Assembly (NCBI GenBank): GCA_035641735.1
Contig: DASQTT010000121.1
Span: forward strand, 1-28,555
Reading direction: 5' to 3'
Length of the DNA stretch: 28,555 bases
From: Actinomycetota bacterium
GTDB lineage: Bacteria; Actinomycetota; UBA4738; HRBIN12
In this document: positions 7,416 through 16,020 of the stretch, in pieces
Layout of the letters: the number at the start of each line of letters is the position of its first letter
Position numbering within the stretch: the stretch's first letter is position 1
The notes under the pieces: model-generated
The model's input: only the letters and a program-made list of their open reading frames with translations
The model's database searches: none
What the model was told of the DNA's origin: nothing
Program-made: the position numbers and the translations under genes

Positions 7416-8891
7416 TCAGGCCGTCGACAGCGTCTCGCGACGGTCCGGCTCGTCCAGCCCGGCGGTGACCACCGGGATCGTGACGGTGAAGACGGAGCCT
7501 CGACCGGTCACGCTGTCGACGGCGACGTCGCCGCCGAGGCGACGGGCGAGCTCGCGGACGAGGTGCAGTCCGAGACCGACCCCGCCGTGCGCCCGGGTGG
7601 ACGACTGATCGATCTGGACGAACCGGTCGAAGATCCGCGGCAGATCACCTTGAGAGATGCCTTCGCCCTCGTCCCGCACACGCAGGATGAGGGATCCCTC
7701 GCGCACGGCGGCCTCGACCCGGACCGCCGTCGCCGGCACCGAGTACTTCAGCGCGTTGTCGACCAGGTTCGCGACGATCTCCTGCAGCGCCACCCGGCTC
7801 ACCGGCACCGATCCGACCGGGCCTTCGACGTCGATCGCGATCCGGTCGGCGGCGCCCGGGAACCCGCGGCGCACGTCGTCGAGGATCTCCTCGACCGGTG
7901 CCCGGTCCTCGTTCAGCGCCTCGTCGCCGTGCTCGAGGCGTGCCTCCCGAAGCAGGTTGGCGACGAGCCGCTGGAGGTGGGCCGTCTGCCGGGCGATCGT
8001 GTCGGCCGCCTCGCGCGTGCGCTCGTCCGCGTCCGACCGTGACTGCAGGAGCTCAGCGAATCCGCGGATCGTCGTCAGCGGTGTTCGCAGCTCGTGCGAC
8101 GCGGCCGCGACGAAGTCGTTCTTCATCCGGTCGAGCTCACGCAGCTCGGCCACCGTCTCCTGCTCGCGTGCGAGGAGGACGGCGAGCTGCTCCGCCTGCT
8201 CGTGCACCTGCGAGTTCTGCCTCCGGAGCGTTCGCGTCGTCCCCACCATGACGGGCAGCAGCAAGACGTAGAGGGCGAGGAGGCCGGCCCCGAGGGAGAT
8301 CGTCAGCGGGTCGTCCAGCCGATCGATCTCGTCCTGGATCGAGGAGTAGTCCTGGTAGATCTCGATCACGGCGTCCACGTCCGAGGCGTCACCCGCTCCG
8401 TCGACGCGGACCGGGACGTAGGTCTCGAAGAGCTCCTCGGCGAGCCGGCGTTCGCTCACGTTCTCCGGCTCGTCGAGGTCGGAGATCTCGCTCGATACCT
8501 CTCCGTCGAAGGCCTCCAGCAGGTCCTCCTCCGGCTCCGGCGTGAGACCGATCTGCGACCGGTCGTTCGAGAACAGCACGGTGCCGTCCGGCGCCCAGAT
8601 CTTGATCCGCTCGACCCCCGCGTGATCCATCGCGAACCCGTGGATCGCTCGGTCGAGCTGTTCATAGCGCGATCCCCGGATCGGGGCCTCCAGGTCCGTG
8701 CGCCGGAGGAGCGGCGCGACCACGCCCTCGGCGATCAGCTCTGCCCGGACGGCAGCGCCCTCCTCGGACCTGGCGCGCAGGTCGCGCTCGCGCGTGGTCG
8801 CGATCACGAAGCCGATCAGGACGAACACGAGGAGGCTGGTCACGGCGAACCGCCACACGATCGACGTGCCGCGGAGCCGTTCGCGGGCCAT
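7416..8891 (-). CDS. Membrane sensor histidine kinase (2 TM, extracytoplasmic sensor, HisKA-HATPase)
   Basis: H-box ASHELRTPL, N-box NLVDNALKY, G1 DEGEGI, F-box IFDRF, G2 GGVGLGL; two hydrophobic spans. Confidence 0.92.
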   Translation of the reverse strand: MARERLRGTSIVWRFAVTSLLVFVLIGFVIATTRERDLRARSEEGAAVRAELIAEGVVAPLLRRTDLEAPIRGSRYEQLDRAIHGFAMDHAGVERIKIWAPDGTVLFSNDRSQIGLTPEPEEDLLEAFDGEVSSEISDLDEPENVSERRLAEELFETYVPVRVDGAGDASDVDAVIEIYQDYSSIQDEIDRLDDPLTISLGAGLLALYVLLLPVMVGTTRTLRRQNSQVHEQAEQLAVLLAREQETVAELRELDRMKNDFVAAASHELRTPLTTIRGFAELLQSRSDADERTREAADTIARQTAHLQRLVANLLREARLEHGDEALNEDRAPVEEILDDVRRGFPGAADRIAIDVEGPVGSVPVSRVALQEIVANLVDNALKYSVPATAVRVEAAVREGSLILRVRDEGEGISQGDLPRIFDRFVQIDQSSTRAHGGVGLGLHLVRELARRLGGDVAVDSVTGRGSVFTVTIPVVTAGLDEPDRRETLSTA

Positions 8892-8960
8892 CTCGAAGGT
8901 ATCGGCACCCCCCAGGACCGGTTGAACGGCGTTGGCGAGGCGAGGCGCTACGCTCACCTC

Positions 8961-9761
8961 GTGGGCTTCTCGAGCGCGCTCGTGCTGTTCGCCCACCCGG
9001 ACGACGCCGAGTTCTCGTGCGGCGGCACCGTCGCGCGGTGGTGCCGCGAGGGCTGCGACGTCCATTACGTGTGTATCACCGATGGCTCCGCGGGCTCGAA
9101 CGACCCCGGTACGACCCGTGAAGCGATGCGCGATGTGCGGGCCCGTGAGCTCCAGGCGGCGGCCGACGTCCTCGGCGTGGCGTCCGTGACCTTCCTCGGC
9201 GAGCTCGACGGGTTCCTCGAGGTGACCGCGGAGACGCGCCGGAAGGTGACCCGGGAGGTTCGCCGGCTGCGGCCCGAGGTGATCGTGGCGCCGGACCCGT
9301 CACGGCTCTGGTACGGCAACAGCTACATCAATCACTCGGACCACAAGGCCGCCGGCGCGCTGGCGCTCTCGGCGGTCATGCCGGACGCGCCGACCCGCGT
9401 CCTCTTCCAGGAGCTGGAGGACGAGGGCATCCAGCCGTTCGAGGTGCCGAACCTGTACCTCGTCGCCGACGAGCCCGACACCTTCGTCGACATCACCGAG
9501 ACGTTCGACGTGAAGATCAAGGCCCTCCTGGCCCATGCCTCGCAGATCGGCGACGGGATGGAGGAGCGGGTCGCCGAGCGTGCTCGCGCGCTCGGCGAGC
9601 TGGCCGGTTGCGAGTACGCCGAGGCATTCAAGACGTTCGCGTTCGTGGACGAGGGGTCTGGGGAGCCCGATCAGCGCGAGTGGAGCCCCCAGGGAGCGGG
9701 GTCTGGGGGCTCAACCAGCGAACGCGACCAGCGCGAGCGTAGCCCCCAGGAAACCGGATAG
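8961..9761 (+). CDS. PIG-L/LmbE family deacetylase (MshB/BshB-like) with a repeat-derived C-terminal tail
   Basis: AHPDDAEFSCGG, R.RE..AA..LG, HSDH and HASQ motifs. GTG start 6 nt after TACGCT. The last ~38 codons come from two repeat copies. Confidence 0.88.
   Translation: MGFSSALVLFAHPDDAEFSCGGTVARWCREGCDVHYVCITDGSAGSNDPGTTREAMRDVRARELQAAADVLGVASVTFLGELDGFLEVTAETRRKVTREVRRLRPEVIVAPDPSRLWYGNSYINHSDHKAAGALALSAVMPDAPTRVLFQELEDEGIQPFEVPNLYLVADEPDTFVDITETFDVKIKALLAHASQIGDGMEERVAERARALGELAGCEYAEAFKTFAFVDEGSGEPDQREWSPQGAGSGGSTSERDQRERSPQETG
9644..9692 (+). repeat. Palindromic repeat family, copy 1 (internally deleted)
   Basis: CGTGGACGAGGGGTCTGGGGAGCCCGATCAGCGCGAGTGGAGCCCCCAG. The first 20 nt are identical to 15948-15967. 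Confidence 0.85.
9698..9749 (+). repeat. Palindromic repeat family, copy 2
   Basis: GGGGTCTGGGGGCTCAACCAGCGAACGCGACCAGCGCGAGCGTAGCCCCCAG, with a perfect 9-bp CTGGGGGCT/AGCCCCCAG stem. Confidence 0.88.
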
Positions 9762-9772
9762 GCGAGGGGACG

Positions 9773-10273
9773 ATGGAAGAGCCCGAGGAGCCGTACGAGC
9801 TCACGCCGGAGGAACGCAAGGACATCCAGGCCGACCTGGACGACCTGGCGTCGATGCGCACGGCGTTCGGCGGCCAGGGCGTGAAGGGCGTCGTGATCGC
9901 CTGCCAGGAATGCGGTTCGAACCACTTCTATGAATGGGAGCTGCTCCGCGACAACCTCGAGCACATGCTGACGTCGGGGGAGCCTCGGATGCACGAGCCC
10001 GCCTACAACATCGTCGAGGAGGAGTACATCCAGTGGGACTACGGCAAGGGCTACGTCGACGCCCTCGCCGACACCGGGCTCGACCTCGACCGCCGGATCG
10101 AGGTCAAGAGCTGCCCGTGGTGCCAGACGCCCCTCGCCGACGATCACGCCTACTGTCCGCGATGCGGGCGCTCGATGGGTCCCGTCCGGCTCTATCAGGA
10201 GCTGATCGGCAAGGGGATGGACGACCGCGACGCCCGCGCCCTCCTCGTCCGGGCCGGATTCGAGCCGATCTAG
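9773..10273 (+). CDS. DUF5319-like actinobacterial protein with a C-terminal zinc ribbon
   Basis: DLDDLASMR...GVKGVVIACQECGSNHFYEWELLRDNL...HEPAY.....EYIQWDYGKGYVDAL, then CPWC...CPRCG. GAGGGG SD. Confidence 0.75.
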   Translation: MEEPEEPYELTPEERKDIQADLDDLASMRTAFGGQGVKGVVIACQECGSNHFYEWELLRDNLEHMLTSGEPRMHEPAYNIVEEEYIQWDYGKGYVDALADTGLDLDRRIEVKSCPWCQTPLADDHAYCPRCGRSMGPVRLYQELIGKGMDDRDARALLVRAGFEPI

Positions 10274-10332
10274 GTCTCTCTTGACTGGGGCTACGCTCGC
10301 GCTGAGCGTGCTCGCGGCTCGAGCCTCAGATC
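10273..10332 (-). repeat. Palindromic repeat family, copy 3 (intergenic, inverted)
   Basis: The minus strand reads GATCTGAGGCTCGAGCCGCGAGCACGCTCAGCGCGAGCGTAGCCCCAGTCAAGAGAGACC. It fills the gap between the two convergent stop codons. Confidence 0.8.
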
Positions 10333-10334
10333 GC

Positions 10335-12890
10335 TTAACGCTTCCGGCGCACCTTGTCGAAGGCCGGCGGCTCCAGCACACACTCGTCGGGCGTCTTGTC
10401 GGGGCGGAGGCCGCGGAACGACGGCGCACGCATCTTCCCGGTCGACTTCGTGTACTCGTGGTACTCGACCTCGCACACCAGCTCGGGCTCGACGAACCGA
10501 GCGCCCTTGAGCTTGGCGAACGCCGGATCGTCGATCGGCGGCGTGGTTCGTTCGAGCTTCTCGAGCTGACCCATCAGCCTCTCGAGCATCCGATGGTCGA
10601 AGCCGGTGCCCACCTGCCCGACCCATCGGAGCTTCCCGCCGTCGTAGGCGCCCACCAGCAGGGCGCCGAAGCTCCCCGAGCGTCCTCCCTGGCCCGGCGT
10701 CCAGCCCAAGATCACGCAGTCCTGCGTCGAGATCAGCTTGATCTTGCGCCAGTCGGGCGACCGCTTCCCCGGCACGTACGGCGACCCCTTCCGCTTCGCC
10801 ACCACGCCCTCGAGGCCGAGCTTCCGCGCCTGCTCGACGAAGGCTTTCCCCTCCTCGTCGACGTAGGTCATCAGCTGGAGCCTCCGGTCCTCCTCGACGA
10901 CGAGCTCCAGCAGCTCGCGGCGCTCCTCCACCCCGAGGCCGACCGTGTCGCGGCCGTCGAGCCACAGCAGGTCGAAGACCACGTACGACACCGGGATCTG
11001 TGCCGAGACGCGCTTGATCTCGCGCTCGTTCTGGAGGTTCATCCGCTGCTGGAGGACCTCGAACGAGGCCTTGCCCTCGGCGTCGACGGCAACGATCTCT
11101 CCGTCGAAGATCGCGTTCACCTCGTCCACGAGCTCGTGGAGCATGTGCAGCTCCGGGTACTGGTAGGTGACGTCGCGCCCGCGGCGCGTCGAGAGTGCCG
11201 TCGTCCCGGTGTCCATCGTGGCGAGCGCGCGGATGCCGTCCAGCTTCGGCTCGAAACGCCATGCCGGATCGTCGAACGGCTGCCCCCCGCCCTCGGCCAG
11301 CATCGGTTGGTACCGGGGCGGCGACGCGATCAGCGGCACGACCTGGTGGGACGCCAGGAACACGAGCCAGTCCGTCCTGGTCTTGACGAGGTGGTACTCG
11401 AGCGCCGGGTAGCGCCGGCCGTGGAGCCGGAAGCTCACCTTCGTGTCCGTCCACTCGAGCGTCTCGTACCAGCCGTCGTCGAAGATCCGTACCTCGCCCG
11501 CGCCGTAGTGCCCCTCCGGGATCGTCCCCTCGAACGACCCGTACTCGAGCGGATGCACCTCGGTCTCGACCGCGAGCCGGCGCTCGCCTTTCACCGTCGG
11601 CAGGCCCTTCGGGACCGCCCACGAGGGGAGGCCGCCGTCGCGCTCTAGGCGGAGGTCGTAGTGGAGACGGGTGGCACGGTGCTTGTGGATCACGAACGAG
11701 TTCCCGGTGCCGACGGCGCTGCCGGGGGCCGGCTCGGTCGTCCCCGCCTCGCCGAACTCCCGCTTCCGCACGTACTCGTAGAGGTTCGGGTCGCGCGACG
11801 CCTCCACGATCTCGTCCGACGACTTCCGGGCGACGGCCGGGGCGGCCGTCCGTGGCAGGGGGGCGCCGACGCGCGGCTCTTCCTCCTCGACCTTCACGTC
11901 GAGCGCCTCGAAGGCGGCCGAGAGGTCCACCTCCTCGGTCAGGACGCCCTGGAAGAGGTCGCCGCGTTCGGCGAAGCGCTCCCACACGTTGTCGATCCGG
12001 AAGTCGCCGGGCTCGAAGCCGCCTTCCTCGACCTCGTCCCAGGCGAGCGGCGTCGAGACGGTCGCGCCGGGCTCGGGCCGGAGGGAATAGGCGGCAGCGA
12101 TGTTCGCGCCCTGCCGGTTCATGTTGTGGTCGATGAAGACCTTGCCGGCGCGGTCGGCCACCCGCCACGCCATCGTGACGCGGTCCTTGTCGGCACGCCC
12201 GATCATCCGACCGCACGCCCCGACGAACGCGCGCACCTGCCCGTAGGTGTAGGCGCCGCGGCGGACCGGGACGTAGATCTGCATGCCGGTCGCGCCGGAC
12301 GTCTTGGGGTACGAGGGGATCGAGAGCTGATCCAGCAGCACCTTCACGTGGCGCGCCACCGCGAGGACGTCCTCGTAGGTGTAGGGCGGGAACGGGTCCA
12401 GATCGAAGAAGAGGTAGTCGGGATGCTCAACGTCCTCGCACCGCGAATGCAGCGGATGCATCTCGATGCAGCCGAGGTTGGCGACGTACAACATCGTGGC
12501 GGTGTCGTCCACGACGAGGTAGTCGATCACCCCGGTCTTGGAATCCTCCGAGAGGACCTTGCATCGATGGATCCAGTCCGGCGTGTGCGACGGCGCGGTC
12601 TTCTCGTAGAAGAACGGGCCCTCCGCGCCGTCCGGCATCCGCTTCATCGTGAGGGGGCGCCCGCGGAGATGCGGCCCGATCAGGTCGGCCACGTTCGCGT
12701 AGTACGCGATCAGGTCTCCCTTCGTGTACCCCTCGCTCGGCCAGAAGACCTTCGTGAGATTCGACAGCCGCAGGTCCCGGCCGTTCATCTCGACGAACCA
12801 GGCGTCGCCCTCCTTCCTGGCGTCGAGCGGGACCGGCAGCTCCACCGTGAATGGGCGAGCACTAGACCTAGGCCGCGTTCGTGGGGACAT
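10335..12890 (-). CDS. ligD: NHEJ DNA ligase D, polymerase (AEP) - 3'-phosphoesterase - ATP-dependent ligase order
   Basis: Pol: LSNLTKVFWP..GYTKGDLIAYY, FFDLDP, KTSG. PE: FVIHKHRATRLHYDLRLE, SWAVPKG, HYGAG. Lig: EPKLDGIR, IFDGEIV, EGVVAKRKGSPY.PGKRS..WRKIK. The start is uncertain (12890, 12896 or 12920); TAGCAT 8 nt before 12890 favours it. Confidence 0.95.
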   Translation of the reverse strand: MSPRTRPRSSARPFTVELPVPLDARKEGDAWFVEMNGRDLRLSNLTKVFWPSEGYTKGDLIAYYANVADLIGPHLRGRPLTMKRMPDGAEGPFFYEKTAPSHTPDWIHRCKVLSEDSKTGVIDYLVVDDTATMLYVANLGCIEMHPLHSRCEDVEHPDYLFFDLDPFPPYTYEDVLAVARHVKVLLDQLSIPSYPKTSGATGMQIYVPVRRGAYTYGQVRAFVGACGRMIGRADKDRVTMAWRVADRAGKVFIDHNMNRQGANIAAAYSLRPEPGATVSTPLAWDEVEEGGFEPGDFRIDNVWERFAERGDLFQGVLTEEVDLSAAFEALDVKVEEEEPRVGAPLPRTAAPAVARKSSDEIVEASRDPNLYEYVRKREFGEAGTTEPAPGSAVGTGNSFVIHKHRATRLHYDLRLERDGGLPSWAVPKGLPTVKGERRLAVETEVHPLEYGSFEGTIPEGHYGAGEVRIFDDGWYETLEWTDTKVSFRLHGRRYPALEYHLVKTRTDWLVFLASHQVVPLIASPPRYQPMLAEGGGQPFDDPAWRFEPKLDGIRALATMDTGTTALSTRRGRDVTYQYPELHMLHELVDEVNAIFDGEIVAVDAEGKASFEVLQQRMNLQNEREIKRVSAQIPVSYVVFDLLWLDGRDTVGLGVEERRELLELVVEEDRRLQLMTYVDEEGKAFVEQARKLGLEGVVAKRKGSPYVPGKRSPDWRKIKLISTQDCVILGWTPGQGGRSGSFGALLVGAYDGGKLRWVGQVGTGFDHRMLERLMGQLEKLERTTPPIDDPAFAKLKGARFVEPELVCEVEYHEYTKSTGKMRAPSFRGLRPDKTPDECVLEPPAFDKVRRKR

Positions 12891-12990
12891 CGCCATCGAT
12901 GCTACGTCGGAGGTCGCCATCGGCCGTTCGGGTGTTGCCTGACCGGCCCAGGCGGTCGATATCCCGACGACAGAGACTAGAGGTCCGTCG

Positions 12991-14595
12991 ATGAGCTTCC
13001 CCGCCGATCGCGAGCAGCACTGGCAGCCCCGGCCGCTGGTCGCGCTCGGGCTCCGCCTCGTTTCCGTGCTCGTGCCGGCCGCGGCCGGCGCCGCAAGCGC
13101 GTACGGGTTCGCGACGGCGGTGCCCCTACCCGACGGTCTCGCCCGTGCCGGCTGGCTCGTCGTGCTCGTGGCGATCTCCACGCTGGCGGCGGCGCTGGCG
13201 GAGCGGGTCGGCCGACGCTTCCTGCCGCTGGCGGTCCTGTTCCGTCTGTCCCTGGTGTTCCCCGACCGCGCGCCGTCGCGGTTCGCGATCGTCCGCGGCG
13301 CCGGTAACGTGCGGCAGCTCGAACGCCGGATCCACGACGCACGCGAGCACGGGGTCGACCCCGAGCCGGCGCGCGCCGCCGAGCAGATCCTCGGCCTCGT
13401 GTCCGCCCTCTCGGCCCACGACCGCAAGACGCGGGGTCACAGCGAGCGCGTCCGGGCGTTCACCGATCTCGTGGCGGCCGAGCTGCGGCTCGCGGACGAC
13501 GATCGCGACCGGCTCCGGTGGGCGGCGCTCCTACACGACATCGGCAAGCTCCAGGTCCCCTCCCGCATCCTCAACAAGCCCGGCCGGCCTGACCCGCGGG
13601 AGTGGGAGCGGCTGCAGGAGCACCCTGCGGCCGGCGCCCGGATCGCCGCCCCGCTGCTGGCGTGGCTCGGTCCGTGGGGCCAAGCGATCGAACAGCACCA
13701 TGAGCGGTTCGCCGGCGGCGGCTACCCGGGTGGGCTGGCCGGCGATGACATCTCGCTGGCAGCCAGGATCGTGAGCGTGGCGGACTCGTTCGAGGTGATG
13801 ACGGCCGCCCGGTCGTACAAGAAGCCGATCAGCGTCCCGGCGGCGCGACGCGAACTGGCCACCTGCGCCGGGGACCAGTTCGATCCCGCGATCGTTCGGT
13901 CGTTCCTGAACGTGTCACTCGGCCGGCTGTGGTGGACCGTCGGGCCGGCGTCGTGGACCGCGCTGCTGCCGGTGATCGGGCCCGTGCAGCGCGCGAGCGG
14001 TCAGGTCGCCGCGGCCGCCGGTTCCGGCGCGGCGGCCGTCGCCGTCGGCGCGGGAACGCTCCTGTCGGCATTCGCCGGCACGGCCACCGCGTACGACACC
14101 GGCGGCGGGCCGGCGATCACCCGCTCGGTGCTCACCGGAGCCGACCCCGGCGCGTCCGAACCGGGGCAGGACGAGGACCACGGACCGGGGACCGATCGCG
14201 ACGACGATGGAGGACGGCCGACGGACGGAACGGGCACGGTCGATCCCGGCGGCGGGAACGAGGAGCCGCCGGTGGACGAACCCCCCGACCCGGTCGACCC
14301 CGATCCCGTGGACGAGGTGCTCGACGATCCCGGCGGAGCCGTCGGCGAGGTCGTCGACGGCGCGACGGGCGCGGTGGACGACGTCGTGGACGGAGCGGGG
14401 GAGACCGTCGACGACGTCGTGGACGGCACGACCGACGTCCTCGACGACGTGGTGGGAGCGGGGACGGACGCGCTCGACACGGTCACCGGCGGCTCGAGCG
14501 ACGCGGTCGACGGTGTCGTCGAGAGCGTGACGGGTACGGTGGACGACGCGATCGACGACGTGACGGACCTGACCGGAGGCCTGCTCGGCGGCTGA
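12991..14595 (+). CDS. Membrane-bound HD-GYP domain protein (putative cyclic-dinucleotide phosphodiesterase) with an acidic repeat tail
   Basis: Two N-terminal TM spans; HD..TRGHSERV, LLHDIGK, HPAAGA, HHERFAGGGYP, IVSVADSFEVMT..RSYK; a later hydrophobic span, a Pro/Asp stalk and 11-mer repeats. Confidence 0.85.
   Translation: MSFPADREQHWQPRPLVALGLRLVSVLVPAAAGAASAYGFATAVPLPDGLARAGWLVVLVAISTLAAALAERVGRRFLPLAVLFRLSLVFPDRAPSRFAIVRGAGNVRQLERRIHDAREHGVDPEPARAAEQILGLVSALSAHDRKTRGHSERVRAFTDLVAAELRLADDDRDRLRWAALLHDIGKLQVPSRILNKPGRPDPREWERLQEHPAAGARIAAPLLAWLGPWGQAIEQHHERFAGGGYPGGLAGDDISLAARIVSVADSFEVMTAARSYKKPISVPAARRELATCAGDQFDPAIVRSFLNVSLGRLWWTVGPASWTALLPVIGPVQRASGQVAAAAGSGAAAVAVGAGTLLSAFAGTATAYDTGGGPAITRSVLTGADPGASEPGQDEDHGPGTDRDDDGGRPTDGTGTVDPGGGNEEPPVDEPPDPVDPDPVDEVLDDPGGAVGEVVDGATGAVDDVVDGAGETVDDVVDGTTDVLDDVVGAGTDALDTVTGGSSDAVDGVVESVTGTVDDAIDDVTDLTGGLLGG
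14332..14592 (+). repeat. Coding 33-nt (11-aa) tandem repeat
   Basis: GGAVGEVVDGA / TGAVDDVVDGA / GETVDDVVDGT / TDVLDDVVGAG / TDALDTVTGGS / SDAVDGVVESV / TGTVDDAIDDV / TDLTGGLLGG. Confidence 0.85.
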
Positions 14596-14710
14596 CCGGC
14601 CGCGCCACGACGCCCGGAGGGCGCGTCGGCCGTGGCGGCTAGGATAGGTTCTCGAGTCCAGCGTCCCGGGGGGAGCGACCCTCGGGCACGGCCGTTCCCG
14701 GGAGGACGTC

Positions 14711-15944
<1,234 letters not shown>

Positions 15945-15947
15945 CGG

Positions 15948-16020
15948 CGTGGACGAGGGGTCTGGGGGCTCAAGAAGCGAGCGCGATCAGCGCGAGCGTG
16001 GCCCCCGTCAAAAGGGACCC
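15948..16020 (+). repeat. Palindromic repeat family, copy 4 (longest; overlaps the glnD start)
   Basis: CGTGGACGAGGGGTCTGGGGGCTCAAGAAGCGAGCGCGATCAGCGCGAGCGTGGCCCCCGTCAAAAGGGACCC. Confidence 0.88.

Noticed and set aside
9644-9750. Tandem palindromic repeats as a possible mini-CRISPR array
   Set aside because: Only 5 nt lie between the copies, there are no unique spacers or cas genes, and other copies are scattered and coding.
12270-12310. LigD polymerase motif KTSGATGMQIY with Gln in place of the usual His
   Set aside because: As I recall, Gln variants occur in functional LigD polymerases (for example Bacillus), and the DLD and other motifs are intact, so this is not evidence of inactivation.
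12891-13427. 1030-aa LigD with a long N-terminal extension, as given by the track
   Set aside because: The extension overlaps the HD-GYP gene on the other strand and is low-complexity; promoter geometry supports a start near 12890.
14601-14639. Imperfect hairpin between the HD-GYP gene and ku as a terminator
   Set aside because: It has multiple bulges and no U-tract, and overlaps the candidate ku promoter; too weak to call.
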